DNA of 64,000 nt from a virus (Duplodnaviria; Caudoviricetes): IMG/VR virus record IMGVR_UViG_3300024999_001770, positions 1,730 to 65,729 of that record; one strand, 5' to 3'. Position numbers and translations under genes: made by a program. The notes under the pieces were generated by a model. That model was given only the letters and a program-made list of their open reading frames with translations. It searched no databases and had not been told where the DNA came from. This document shows, in pieces, positions 9,749 to 19,821 of the stretch (within the stretch, counting starts at the first letter, position 1; each line of letters begins with the position of its first letter).

Positions 9749-10273
9749 ATGAGTGAAGTAAACCCTATTCCCGAAAAAGTTGTTAATTTCAATGTCTATG
9801 ACGAAGGCGAAAAGCTAGTTGGAGTGTCTGGCGAAGTCACGCTCCCTAACCTAGAGGCCATGACGGAAACTATCTCTGGTGCAGGGATAGCGGGTGAATA
9901 CGAAAGCCCTACTCCCGGCCATTTTGGCAGCATCACGACAGAGATTCCCTTTAGGACTCTCTATGACAGTTCCTTTAAGCTTATGGTACCTGGCGGCAGA
10001 ACGATCACCCTGCGAGCATCCCAGCAGTCCTACGATGTAGCAGGTGGGGAAATCAAGCATCGGGGACTAAAGATTGTACTAAAAGTTATGCCGAAAGGAC
10101 TAGATCTTGGCAAGCTTGCGGTGGGAAGCCCAACAGACACAAAAAACAGTCTCGAAGTCTTGTATATCAAGATCGTTGAAAACGGAAAGACTTTACTTGA
10201 ACTGGATAAGCAGAATTTCGTCTTCATCGTCAACGGTACTGATGTCCTGGCAGATGTCAGGGACCAAATTTAG
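9749..10273 (+). CDS. Major tail tube protein (P2 FII-like)
   Basis: IPEKVVNFNVY, ISGAGIAGE and ELDKQNF motifs; follows sheath. Confidence 0.9.
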   Translation: MSEVNPIPEKVVNFNVYDEGEKLVGVSGEVTLPNLEAMTETISGAGIAGEYESPTPGHFGSITTEIPFRTLYDSSFKLMVPGGRTITLRASQQSYDVAGGEIKHRGLKIVLKVMPKGLDLGKLAVGSPTDTKNSLEVLYIKIVENGKTLLELDKQNFVFIVNGTDVLADVRDQI

Positions 10274-10283
10274 GAGGGCAACC

Positions 10284-10577
10284 ATGAATAATAAAACAAT
10301 AACCCTGTCTAAACCGTACGAGTTTGAAGGTGAAACCTATACGGAAATCGATCTACAGGGACTGGACGACCTCAAGGCAAAAGACCTTTCGGTGGTCGAC
10401 AAGATTCATATTTCAAAGGGATGTAACCCTGCGATGAGCGGCCTGACAGTTGACTATGCCATGATTACTGCGAGCATGGTTACAAAAAAGCCGCTTGAAT
10501 TTTTTGAGAATCTACCCGCCAAGGACGCTATGGCCATAAAAAATGTGGTAATGCGTTTTTTTTACAAAGAGGGCTAA
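10284..10577 (+). CDS. Tail assembly chaperone (G), with -1 frameshift product (GT) ending at 10711
   Basis: ATG 10284 with RBS GGAGG; T8 run at 10556-10563; -1 frame open to TAA at 10709-10711. Confidence 0.85.
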   Translation: MNNKTITLSKPYEFEGETYTEIDLQGLDDLKAKDLSVVDKIHISKGCNPAMSGLTVDYAMITASMVTKKPLEFFENLPAKDAMAIKNVVMRFFYKEG

Positions 10578-10758
10578 ACCCCGGAGACGGGAAAGGGCTC
10601 ATAAGAATAGCAATAAAGGCAGCAATGGCTACCTTTACTAGTGCTGAATTCTTTTTGGATTTGTCGTTAGATGATTTTTTTGAGGTGATTTCAGATATAA
10701 CTAAAAAATAAAAGCGCTCTGAAATAGGGCGCTTTTATACCGGAAACGAGGTGATACC

Positions 10759-12903
10759 ATGGCTGGCAGAGTGTACGAAACTATGTTTGAGTTAGGCGCC
10801 AGAATAAACAGCTCTTTCGGAAGTGCCTTTACGAACGCTCAAAATCAACTCGAAGCTACTAGTGGGCAGACTGAAAAAGCTAATACAATGTTTGGCAAGT
10901 TGGGCGCTGGGTTAGGCGTGGCGGCGGTAGGAATAGGCGCAGCGGCTTTAGCCGCCGGAGGATTAGCGGTTAGCGTCAGCGATGATTTGCAGAAGTCTCT
11001 CAACGGAGTGCAATCCGCAAGCGGTATAGCAGATGACGCCATGGCAGGCATGAAAGAAACCATGATTGCGATCTACAATGACAATTTTGGCGAGAACTTT
11101 GAAGAAATTGGCGCGGCCATGACTACAGTTAGCCAACAAACGGGATTAGCCGGAGACGCTTTAAAAGAAACTACTGAAAGTGCCTTACTACTAAAGGATA
11201 CTTTTGAATTAGAGGTTGCGGATAGCGTCAAAGGTGCCAATCAACTTATGAAGCAATTCGGGGATGATAGCACGGAAGCCTATAACCTCATAGCTCAAGG
11301 TGCTCAAAGTGGACTAAATGCTAATGGTGATTTGCTGGACACGTTGAATGAGTATGGCGGAACGTTTGCCGCACAAGGGTTTTCGAGTGTAGAAATGTTC
11401 AATATGCTTTCCAATGCCTCAAAGTCAGGTATCCGAGACGTAGATTTAGCCGCGGACGCAATAAAAGAATTCGGGATTAGGTCCAAGGATGGAAGTACGA
11501 CTTCAGCGGCAGGATTCGATGCATTAGGACTGAACGCCGCATCGATGACTAAGGCCTTTGCCACTGGCGGTGATACCGCAAAAGTAGCCTTTAGTAAGAC
11601 AACCGCAGCCCTACTCGCGATGAAAGACCCTGTAGCGCAAAATGCCGCAGGAGTAGCCTTGTTTGGTGCTCAATTTGAGGATATGGGGATTAAGGGAATT
11701 ACGGCCTTGGTCAATACACAGGGTAGTATTAGTAAGACAACGGATGCTTTGGGTAAAATTAACGCTGTAAAATACAATACTTTCGGCGAGGCAATGGAGG
11801 GCATAAAACGTAATTTACAGACAGGATTATTGCTTCCACTTGGCGAGAAGATACTACCAAAACTCAATGAATTTGCAGGATGGATTACTGCTAATATGCC
11901 AGCGATCCAGAATGAAATTGAGTACGCGTTTAATGAAGCTGGAAAAGCCGTTACTTTTCTATCTGACAACATGGATATTATCATCCCTGTACTTGCTGGA
12001 GTTGTAGGCGGCATAGTTGCCTTTGAAGTAATAACTACGGTAGTAGGTCTAATCAAATCCTTTCAACTCGCCACAGAGGGAGTGACTATCGCACAATGGT
12101 TATTTAACGCAGCTATGACTGCTAATCCTATTGGTATAGCTGTGGTAGCAATAGCGGCGTTAATAGCTGCAGGGGTCGCGCTGTGGATGAACTGGGACAC
12201 CGTAAAGGCAAAAGCATTAGAGCTATGGGAAGGAGTCAAGAGTACTTTTGTTGGCGTAGGAGAATGGTTCAGCAGTAATGTAGTAGAGCCTATAAAAAGC
12301 GTCTTCTCCGATATCGGCGACTGGTTTGACAATAATGTAATTCAACCGATCTTAGGGTTAGTCCCTAATTGGTTAAAGAAAATATTCTCAGGTGGTAGTG
12401 CATCCGCAAGCTTAACTGTAACATCAGATACAGGAGATATCCCCGGTAATGCAGAGGGAACAGATAACTGGCGTGGCGGCCTTACCTGGGTAGGGGAACA
12501 GGGTCCTGAGCTAGTGAATCTTCCGAGTGGCGCACAGGTTTTTTCAAACCCAAAATCATTAGCTATGGTTCGGAACGTAAACCAAAATGTTATACCGGCT
12601 AAAGCGAGCGCAATAGCCGGTATGGTTCAGGACGTAAACCAAAACGTTATACCTAACGCTAATAGTGAGGATAAGAATCAGGCTAGACTCACGCTATCTG
12701 ATTTGGAGGGCAAGCTCCAACGATCTAGTATAACAAACAATGATACTTCTTTCGCCCCAGTATTTTCCCCTCAAATAACTATTGAGGGCAATGCAGACGA
12801 AGCAACAGTAACAAAGGTTATAAAAATGTCCTTCGATGAATTCAAGAGGTTTATGAAGCAATATGAAAACGATAAACACAGACTCCAATTCTCCCCCAGT
12901 TAG
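10759..12903 (+). CDS. Tape measure protein
   Basis: 714 aa, Ala/Gly-rich, MTANPIG and W-repeats, C-terminal VGEQGPELV motif. Confidence 0.93.
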   Translation: MAGRVYETMFELGARINSSFGSAFTNAQNQLEATSGQTEKANTMFGKLGAGLGVAAVGIGAAALAAGGLAVSVSDDLQKSLNGVQSASGIADDAMAGMKETMIAIYNDNFGENFEEIGAAMTTVSQQTGLAGDALKETTESALLLKDTFELEVADSVKGANQLMKQFGDDSTEAYNLIAQGAQSGLNANGDLLDTLNEYGGTFAAQGFSSVEMFNMLSNASKSGIRDVDLAADAIKEFGIRSKDGSTTSAAGFDALGLNAASMTKAFATGGDTAKVAFSKTTAALLAMKDPVAQNAAGVALFGAQFEDMGIKGITALVNTQGSISKTTDALGKINAVKYNTFGEAMEGIKRNLQTGLLLPLGEKILPKLNEFAGWITANMPAIQNEIEYAFNEAGKAVTFLSDNMDIIIPVLAGVVGGIVAFEVITTVVGLIKSFQLATEGVTIAQWLFNAAMTANPIGIAVVAIAALIAAGVALWMNWDTVKAKALELWEGVKSTFVGVGEWFSSNVVEPIKSVFSDIGDWFDNNVIQPILGLVPNWLKKIFSGGSASASLTVTSDTGDIPGNAEGTDNWRGGLTWVGEQGPELVNLPSGAQVFSNPKSLAMVRNVNQNVIPAKASAIAGMVQDVNQNVIPNANSEDKNQARLTLSDLEGKLQRSSITNNDTSFAPVFSPQITIEGNADEATVTKVIKMSFDEFKRFMKQYENDKHRLQFSPS

Positions 12904-12916
12904 AGGAGGGACATGA

Positions 12917-13123
12917 ATGTCATACACAACTAAACAGGGTGATATGTGGGACTCGATGGCAAAGAGTCTTTATGGAAGCGAGAAATACACAGAGCAATTA
13001 ATGCAAGCCAATACCTCTAATATCTCGACCGTAGTTTTCCCTGCAGGGGTAGTATTAACAGTGCCCGAGGTGAATGCAGGGGCCAACACCAACACGTCAT
13101 CCCTGCCGCCATGGAGGACTTGA
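12917..13123 (+). CDS. Tail protein X (LysM-like)
   Basis: YTTKQGDMWD...LPPW. Confidence 0.88.
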   Translation: MSYTTKQGDMWDSMAKSLYGSEKYTEQLMQANTSNISTVVFPAGVVLTVPEVNAGANTNTSSLPPWRT

Positions 13124-13124
13124 T

Positions 13125-14138
13125 ATGTTAGCACGTAGAGTAAGTATCGACATTGTTTACCAGGGCGTTAATATTTCGGGCAGCATTGCAAATGATTTGG
13201 AATCTTTTAGCTATACGGACAATGCAAGAGAGACAGCAGATTCTATATCTATTACGCTTAAGGACGATGCTGGCAAGTGGATCTCTACCTGGGCTCCGGA
13301 ACAGGGCGACAAAATAAAAGCTTCTATCCTTACAACAAACTGGCGAAAAGAGGGGGACACTCAGAAGCTAGATTGCGGCGCATTCATGGTTGACGAGCCA
13401 GAATATGCAGGCCGACCCAGAACATTATCGCTTAATGCGGCAGCCCTTCCATCGGATAATAATTTCAGGGACACGACAAAAAGCCGGACGTGGGAAAATG
13501 TAACGACAAAGAACCTTGCAAATGATATTGCGTCTAATGCTGGGCTTTCTCTTTATTATGATACGGCAAAAATTTTTACGATCTCATATCTCGAGCAGAG
13601 TGAGCAGGCAGATAGTGCTTTCCTTGCAGATGTTTGTTCTAGATATGGACTAAGCCTCAAAATATACAATGATAGAATAGTGATGTTCTCTGAACAGGAA
13701 TACGAGGCCAGAGAGCCTATTGCATCAGTTACCGAAGAAATGACCGAAGGTAATTGGTCAGCAAAGAAGTCGCTTACTGGGACCGGGTATGATGCTTGTG
13801 TATTAACTTATACCCCGCCTGATTCTGGTCAGAAGTTACAATATACATTCGAACTTAATTCATCCCCAAAAAAGATCCTTAGGATCAACCAGGATGTAAC
13901 AAGTGTGGCAGAAGCAGAGATTGTTGCGAAGGCTGAACTAAGAAAAGCGAATACCAAACAGTATACAATGACTTTTACTGTACCTGGTAATGTTGATTTT
14001 ATCGCAAGTTCAATAATCAGGGTTACAGGGTTCGGAGTATTTGATAGCAAATACTATATCGATAAGGTTGATCATAGCATTGGGAGTAAGTTTACTTCAT
14101 CGTTAGAGCTTCACCGAGTGCTGGAAGGAGGATATTAA
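13125..14138 (+). CDS. Baseplate hub / late control D (P2 gpD-like)
   Basis: ATG 13125 with RBS GGAGG; SYTDN..ADSISITL, EQADSAFL and YYIDKVDHSI motifs. Confidence 0.88.
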   Translation: MLARRVSIDIVYQGVNISGSIANDLESFSYTDNARETADSISITLKDDAGKWISTWAPEQGDKIKASILTTNWRKEGDTQKLDCGAFMVDEPEYAGRPRTLSLNAAALPSDNNFRDTTKSRTWENVTTKNLANDIASNAGLSLYYDTAKIFTISYLEQSEQADSAFLADVCSRYGLSLKIYNDRIVMFSEQEYEAREPIASVTEEMTEGNWSAKKSLTGTGYDACVLTYTPPDSGQKLQYTFELNSSPKKILRINQDVTSVAEAEIVAKAELRKANTKQYTMTFTVPGNVDFIASSIIRVTGFGVFDSKYYIDKVDHSIGSKFTSSLELHRVLEGGY

Positions 14139-14566
14139 TGCTAAAAAACATGATTCGAATAGGAAAAATATCCTCGGTTAATGCAACCAAGGGTACGGTG
14201 AGAGTGGTAATAGATGACCAACAGGATATAGTGACCAATGAGCTGCCATTGCTGGCGGGCGAATATAACATGCCTGAGGCGGGGGACCTGGTTCTTTGCC
14301 TATTTTTAGGTAACGGAATATCAAGCGGGTTTTGCCTCGGGAAGTATTTTTCGACTGTGAGCCCCCCACCAGTGACAGATTCGCAGATAATTTATAAGGA
14401 TTTTGGAGACGGATCTTATATCAAGTACGACAAAGGCTCTAAAACATTAACTATTAAGACTGATAACGTGGCTATTGAAGGCAATCTTAGCGTAACCGGC
14501 AATATATCAGCAACAGGAACTATTCTCGATGTAGGTGGTAACACGAACAACCACTCTCACTCGTAG
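14138..14566 (+). CDS. Baseplate spike protein V
   Basis: IRIGKISSV N-terminus and C-terminal HSH iron-binding motif. Confidence 0.88.
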   Translation: MLKNMIRIGKISSVNATKGTVRVVIDDQQDIVTNELPLLAGEYNMPEAGDLVLCLFLGNGISSGFCLGKYFSTVSPPPVTDSQIIYKDFGDGSYIKYDKGSKTLTIKTDNVAIEGNLSVTGNISATGTILDVGGNTNNHSHS

Positions 14567-14581
14567 CGGGATGGTGATTAT

Positions 14582-14983
14582 ATGATTGGGTACTTTGGCA
14601 AGGACATTATTTTTGAAACCAGCGATCAGCGCATCCTTACCTTTTCCGGACTTAAGCAGGAGATCGCAAGCCGTTGGGGTAGTCATGAGCTCATCGGCGC
14701 AAAACCTAGGACTGAGTACATAGGTCCTGGACTTGATACGATTTCTTTTACCGTAGATTTAAACGGCAATAATGGAGTGAAGCCACGTACCGAAATGGAC
14801 CTATGGTTAGTTAAAGCAAGGGACGGAGTAGCGGAAACCTTTGTTATTGGTGATAAGCCCTTGGGTGCAGACAAATGGATAGTTAAGTCGGTAAGTCAAG
14901 CATGGAACACGGTATTTAACCACGGTGAGATTTTCTCTGGCAAGGTAGACGTTACACTTGAAGAATATATTTCAGTGCTGTAG
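14582..14983 (+). CDS. Tail protein (P2 gpU-like)
   Basis: EYIGPGLDTISF and VTLEEY motifs. Confidence 0.85.
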   Translation: MIGYFGKDIIFETSDQRILTFSGLKQEIASRWGSHELIGAKPRTEYIGPGLDTISFTVDLNGNNGVKPRTEMDLWLVKARDGVAETFVIGDKPLGADKWIVKSVSQAWNTVFNHGEIFSGKVDVTLEEYISVL

Positions 14984-14995
14984 GGAGGAGATCTT

Positions 14996-15304
14996 GTGAT
15001 GATAGAGTTAAGCGATGTCGTCCTGCAGATTGATTTCTCTGCAACCGGCACGGATGAAGTAATTCAGAATGTAAAAACGATCATAACTACCCCGGCCGGC
15101 ACGGTCCCCTTTGATCGCGACTTCGGGATTGACTGGAGTCTGCTTGACCTGCCGATCGGAGAATCCATGGCTAAGCTGACGGTGGAATATATCGAAAAAA
15201 TTAAAAAATACGAACCTAGGGCTAGTGTAAATAGCATATCTTTTACAGCAAATGACTCTGGCCAGCTCATACCAAAGGTGGTGATTAACATTGTCAACGC
15301 TTAG
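14996..15304 (+). CDS. Baseplate wedge protein W / gp25-like
   Basis: GTVPFDRDFG and KYEPRA motifs. Confidence 0.88.
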   Translation: MMIELSDVVLQIDFSATGTDEVIQNVKTIITTPAGTVPFDRDFGIDWSLLDLPIGESMAKLTVEYIEKIKKYEPRASVNSISFTANDSGQLIPKVVINIVNA

Positions 15305-16436
15305 CAATCTTCCGGACATCAACTTTGTAGACACCAATGTTGAAACCTTACTGACTAGCATGATAGCTGAATACGAAGCGGCGTATCTGGCTCAGACAGG
15401 AACGGCCAAAACGCTCCAGCCAGGGGATCCGGTGCGGATATGGATCTACACACAGGCGCTCCGAGTTTATCAAGCCCTTTTACTCATTGACTCAACAGCA
15501 AAGCGCAATCTTTTAAGGTATGCGAACAGCAACTACCTCGATAATCTGGGGGCGCGATATGGGACAAGAGGAACGAGGCTTGCAGCAGACAAGGCCGTTG
15601 TCATAGTTAGGTACACTTTATCGGCAGTACAAGCAGGAGATATTACGATTCCGGCGGGTAATAGAACAAGTCCAGGGGCTAATGTGTTTTTTGCCACTTC
15701 AGCGGCAGCGGTAATTCCTGCTGGAAGCACAACTCTTGACGTTGCCTCGGAATGCACAGCAGCAGGGGTAGCAGGGAACGGCTACACGGCAGGACAGGTA
15801 AACATATTGGTAGACCCTATTGCTTATGTTGCAAGCGCTAGTAATATTAACACTAGCCAGGGTGGCGCTGATATTGAGACAGACGATGCTTACAGAGAGC
15901 GTCTTTTTTTATTGCCTGAATCATTCAGTGTAGCAGGACCTTCGGAGGCTTATGAATATTTTACCAAGCAGTACAGCTCATCAATTGCCGACGTTAAGGT
16001 GACCTCGCCCACTGCTGGGGAGGTTGACGTTAGGTTTATCTTAGAGAATGGAGTAGTACCAGGGGAAACGATAATCGCTGGGGTTTTGGCTTATCTAGGC
16101 GATACGAGTCGAAGACCTTTAACTGACAGCGTGACCGTGCAGGAACCAACTGCCGTGAATTATAATATTACCTTAACCTATTATATTAAGGCTAGCGACA
16201 CAACCAATGCGACGATTATTCAGGCAGCAGTTACCACTGCTATAGCTAATTACGTTATATGGCAGAAGAGTAAAATCGGGCGCAGTATTAATCCGTCAGA
16301 ATTGATTTCCAGAGTAGTTGGGGCGGGGGCAAAGAGAGTTGTTTTAACTTTACCAATCTATGAGGCCATTACAGAAACTGAGCTTGCTGTCGCCGATGCT
16401 ATAACGGTTACCTATGGGGGGCTAGAAGATGAGTAG
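15291..16436 (+). CDS. Baseplate protein J
   Basis: GGADIETDDAYRER, SVAGPSEAY and RPLTD motifs. Confidence 0.92.
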   Translation: MSTLSNLPDINFVDTNVETLLTSMIAEYEAAYLAQTGTAKTLQPGDPVRIWIYTQALRVYQALLLIDSTAKRNLLRYANSNYLDNLGARYGTRGTRLAADKAVVIVRYTLSAVQAGDITIPAGNRTSPGANVFFATSAAAVIPAGSTTLDVASECTAAGVAGNGYTAGQVNILVDPIAYVASASNINTSQGGADIETDDAYRERLFLLPESFSVAGPSEAYEYFTKQYSSSIADVKVTSPTAGEVDVRFILENGVVPGETIIAGVLAYLGDTSRRPLTDSVTVQEPTAVNYNITLTYYIKASDTTNATIIQAAVTTAIANYVIWQKSKIGRSINPSELISRVVGAGAKRVVLTLPIYEAITETELAVADAITVTYGGLEDE

Positions 16437-16998
16437 CATTTCTAGTGCTAAGCTGATAGATCTTCTCCCGCCTAACCTGCGAAGTGATCCGGATATAATC
16501 GCTGCAAGCCAAGCGTTAGATAAAGAATTTTTCATATTGGCGGGAAAAATCAAGAATGTATTAACATTCGCTGATATCGATAACGCCAGCTCTGATGTGC
16601 TGGACAATTTAGCCTGGGAACTCAACACGGATTTTTATGATTCTACATTATCTATAGCCAAAAAGAGATCCTTGGTTAAGAACGCCTTGGTATATCACTT
16701 TACCAAAGGGACTCCTTACGCTATAGAACAATTGTTGGCAGATGCCTTTGATGATGCGGAGGTACTGGAATGGTTTGACTATAGTGGAACCCCATTCTAT
16801 TTCAAGATTGTGACATCAGATTCGATAACAACTGCTGCGAAGCTGACTGACCTGAAAAGAGCTATTGATTCAGTCAAACGGGAAAGTACCAGATTGGAAC
16901 GGATTACTGTAGCCAGAGATACTCCGTTTAATACCTTTTTCGCAGCGGTGGTTTCAACTAACGATACAATTGTTGTGAATACAAATATACCCGAATAG
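16429..16998 (+). CDS. Tail protein I (P2 gpI-like)
   Basis: LDNLAW, KGTPYAIE and EWFDYSGTPFYF motifs. Confidence 0.88.
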   Translation: MSSISSAKLIDLLPPNLRSDPDIIAASQALDKEFFILAGKIKNVLTFADIDNASSDVLDNLAWELNTDFYDSTLSIAKKRSLVKNALVYHFTKGTPYAIEQLLADAFDDAEVLEWFDYSGTPFYFKIVTSDSITTAAKLTDLKRAIDSVKRESTRLERITVARDTPFNTFFAAVVSTNDTIVVNTNIPE

Positions 16999-17009
16999 GG
17001 GGGATTAAG

Positions 17010-18266
17010 TTGGCTGATTTTGGAATCATGACAATTACAAATCTGGGGCTAACGTTATACGCAAAGGCGCAGACAGGGACAGCAATTGTCTTCACGAAGA
17101 TGCAGGTAGGCTCGGGGGATCTATCGGTTGGTCAAGCTATCGCAACCCTGACAGCCTTGATTGATTCAGAATTTGATGTGGCCATATCAGGCATTACCGT
17201 TGATACTGCAAACCATGTAGCTCGGGTTAAAGGAACGAAGGATAATACCGGGATGCTGGCGGGGCTGATAACAAAAGAATTAGGCTTGTTTGCCACCGAT
17301 CCGGATGATGGTGAAATATTATATGCCTATACCAACGCTGGCGACTTGGGCGATTATATCCCACCAGCAGCCGACGGTTTATTTACCCGGACTTATAAAA
17401 TCAATGCTGCGATCGGCAATGCTACAAATGTTACTATAGTAGTGCCACAGGATGTATATGCAACCCTGGAAGATCTTGAGGACCTGCAAAGTGAGACAGG
17501 TGTTTTATTAGCAACAAAGGAAACGCCTGCCGGAGCACAGGCCAAAGCTGATGCTGCAGCTGCAATTGGAGTTGCAGCTGCGGGAGCGGTACAGGAAGAG
17601 CTTGCTATACATCAGGCGGATTATGCGCACAATTACAAAAAAGATGCTGGTAGTACAGACGCTTATGTTGTTGCTCTTGATCCTGCCATAACCTCATATA
17701 CAGAAGGAATGACGTTAGACATATTTTGCAAAACCGCTAACACAGGAGCAGCAACATTAGATGCTGGTGGAGGAGCAAAAGACCTTCGGAAATATTACAA
17801 TGATGCTTTAGAAACTGGGGATATTGAGGCAGGTGCTATTATCACCGTCAAATGGGACTCCGCTAATGATTGGTGGCAAGTAACAAGCGGAATAAAAGTT
17901 ACGGTTGTTGATGGAACTACAGCAGTAAAAGGTATAGTGCAATTATCGACTTCTACTTCAAGCACAAGTACCACTTTAGCAGCAACTCCTAGTGCAGTAA
18001 AAGCAGCTTATGACTTAGCCAATTCTGGCGCTAGGATACTAACTGGCGAATATACTGGAGATGGGAGTTACGGTAGGACAATATCCATAGGAGTTACACC
18101 AAAGATGGTTATTGTGCAACAATCAAATTATGGTGATGGGGGCGCAATATCTAAAACAAATACTTCTTACGACAATTCTATAGTGTCCGGAGGTTTTAAG
18201 GTTGGGGACGCATCACCAGCTCTAAACACTAATGGTATAACCTATCATTGGGCAGCGGCCTATTAG
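17010..18266 (+). CDS. Tail fibre protein with constant N-terminal anchor and candidate exchangeable C-terminal part
   Basis: ELGLFATDPDDGEILYAY anchor; fibre repeat KGIVQLS...AATPSAVKAAYDLA; internal dif-like site at HQADY. Confidence 0.88.
   Translation: MADFGIMTITNLGLTLYAKAQTGTAIVFTKMQVGSGDLSVGQAIATLTALIDSEFDVAISGITVDTANHVARVKGTKDNTGMLAGLITKELGLFATDPDDGEILYAYTNAGDLGDYIPPAADGLFTRTYKINAAIGNATNVTIVVPQDVYATLEDLEDLQSETGVLLATKETPAGAQAKADAAAAIGVAAAGAVQEELAIHQADYAHNYKKDAGSTDAYVVALDPAITSYTEGMTLDIFCKTANTGAATLDAGGGAKDLRKYYNDALETGDIEAGAIITVKWDSANDWWQVTSGIKVTVVDGTTAVKGIVQLSTSTSSTSTTLAATPSAVKAAYDLANSGARILTGEYTGDGSYGRTISIGVTPKMVIVQQSNYGDGGAISKTNTSYDNSIVSGGFKVGDASPALNTNGITYHWAAAY
17604..17631 (+). other. 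Candidate tyrosine-recombinase site 1 (GCTATACATCA-GGCGGA-TTATGCGCACA) inside the tail-fibre ORF
   Basis: Shares ATTATGCGCA with sites 2 and 3; right arm is the reverse complement of the XerC arm of E. coli dif. Confidence 0.6.
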
Positions 18267-18276
18267 GAGGGAAAGC

Positions 18277-18885
18277 GTGGTAATTATTGTAGATTTAATA
18301 ACCAAACAAGTTAAACGGAACATAGGAACCAACAGCATGTTTCCAGATGGAAATATACCCAATGTAGAGCTTCAACCAAATGAACAGGCGGTCAAAATAC
18401 ATGATAATTCCCCATTAGCTCAGATAATATCTCTTGCAATGCCGGGGTATTATGACTTGGTTTTTAACGAATTGGGCGAGGCGATTGACGTTGTTGTCAC
18501 AAAGACTATAGCTGAGTACCAAACTCCTTCCCTCTCAGAAACACAACAACAAAAAATCCTAGAACTAAACATAGCTTGCAACCAAGAGATTCTAAATGGC
18601 TTTTCAAGTTCTTGTACAGGATTATCACATCAATACAAATTTGATATGGAATATCAAGGTAACTTCTCTAAAAAAATGGGTCTACTTGCGCTAGTTCCTA
18701 CTATCCAGTCAGTAGATTGGCCTACGAAGGATATGGGCGTAGTTGAGCATACAAGAGAACAATTTATTCAACTCATCATAGATGGTCAAACGCATATGGA
18801 AACGAAGATATTTCGGTATTTCGGGATGAAGGCACAAATTGAAGCATGTGAAACCGTTGAAGCAGTTAATGAATTTGTTTGGTAG
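18277..18885 (+). CDS. Tail-fibre-associated protein/chaperone (DUF4376-like C-terminus)
   Basis: Follows the fibre gene; CNQEILNGFSS, HTREQFIQL and terminal VW. Confidence 0.7.
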   Translation: MVIIVDLITKQVKRNIGTNSMFPDGNIPNVELQPNEQAVKIHDNSPLAQIISLAMPGYYDLVFNELGEAIDVVVTKTIAEYQTPSLSETQQQKILELNIACNQEILNGFSSSCTGLSHQYKFDMEYQGNFSKKMGLLALVPTIQSVDWPTKDMGVVEHTREQFIQLIIDGQTHMETKIFRYFGMKAQIEACETVEAVNEFVW

Positions 18886-19110
18886 GTGCAATTAATGAAA
18901 AGGTATCTATGGAATTTACTAATCTCAATTGATCAATTATGCAATGCAATTCTCGGAGGATTCCCCGATGAAACAATGAGTTCGCGGATGGGGAAGCGCG
19001 TAGCAAAAAAAGATAGCCCTCTTTGCAATTTTATTTGCAAGTTGCTGAACAAAATTGACAAAGATCACTGTATCAAATCAATTGAGAAGGACGAAGGATT
19101 ACAGATGTAG
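18886..19110 (+). CDS. Small conserved phage protein
   Basis: LISIDQLCNAILGGFPDETMSSRMGK...DKDHC pattern commonly found after tail fibres. Confidence 0.75.
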   Translation: MQLMKRYLWNLLISIDQLCNAILGGFPDETMSSRMGKRVAKKDSPLCNFICKLLNKIDKDHCIKSIEKDEGLQM

Positions 19111-19112
19111 TT

Positions 19113-19149
19113 ATGTCGCAGTAGACGCATTATGCGCATTAATGCGCAC
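19113..19149 (+). other. Candidate recombination site 2 (ATGTCGCAGTA-GACGCA-TTATGCGCAT, followed by an extra TAATGCGCAC)
   Basis: Starts 2 bp after the TAG of the upstream gene; same arm and orientation as site 1. Confidence 0.6.
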
Positions 19150-19245
19150 GAATTTAATATTTGTTTTTCGTGGTGATAACATATAAAATTATCATACGGG
19201 GTAAATCTTGAATTGCATTCCTGTAACCAGAGAGGAGTAAATAAA

Positions 19246-19473
19246 GTGGAGATAAAGCACGTAACGCCCCAAGAAGCCACTGATATTATTAATACAAAGC
19301 AACCGATTGGACTATTTCGCACGACCGGCGTTTTGAACACGGGATCAGCCGTAGATGGTATATATCTCGCTATTAATAATAGCGATGGCAATGCGCTGGT
19401 AAAGCAATTTATACACATAGGAGATTGTATGCAATGGCTTAGGTCAATACAAAAAAGACAATTACCAAATTGA
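19246..19473 (+). CDS. 75-aa hypothetical protein forming a one-gene cassette between sites 2 and 3
   Basis: RBS GAGGAG plus GTG 19246; its stop TGA overlaps site 3. Confidence 0.7.
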   Translation: MEIKHVTPQEATDIINTKQPIGLFRTTGVLNTGSAVDGIYLAINNSDGNALVKQFIHIGDCMQWLRSIQKRQLPN

Positions 19474-19488
19474 CTCATTATGCGCAGC
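19461..19488 (+). other. Candidate recombination site 3 (ATTACCAAATT-GACTCA-TTATGCGCAGC)
   Basis: Core differs from site 2 by one base; same arm; overlaps the ORF stop codon. Confidence 0.55.
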
Positions 19489-19490
19489 AA

Positions 19491-19521
19491 AAGGTCCCTA
19501 GTCGAAATGGCTAGGGACCTT
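19491..19521. terminator. Hairpin AAGGTCCCTAGTC-gaaat-GGCTAGGGACCTT closing the cassette array
   Basis: 13-bp stem. Confidence 0.6.
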
Positions 19522-19551
19522 AAAAATTGAAATTAAGAGAGGGATGAAATC

Positions 19552-19821
19552 GTGAAAGAGCAACCAGAATTGACCATTAAACTTACCATAGACGCAAGCG
19601 AAGCACTGGAAACCTTAGCAAACGTGAAAGAAAATCTTGAACAAATCGTGGGACTGCAGGGAAAAATAGCCGAACAGAAAGTGCAAGTTTCCGTCCGGCA
19701 AGTGACAATAAATCCTATAAGAATTGAGTTACCTAAAGAATTTAGTGTGGATGAATTTATTGCGAAACTAGAGAAAAACCTATTATCTGGTCTACAAACA
19801 GGATCAATTCAGGGAAATTAA
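19552..19821 (+). CDS. Hypothetical protein
   Basis: RBS GAGGG plus GTG; 89 aa. Confidence 0.5.
   Translation: MKEQPELTIKLTIDASEALETLANVKENLEQIVGLQGKIAEQKVQVSVRQVTINPIRIELPKEFSVDEFIAKLEKNLLSGLQTGSIQGN

Noticed and set aside
12564-12655. Short duplication (MV..VNQNVIP twice) in the tape measure C-terminus
   Set aside because: Ordinary local duplication in a variable linker
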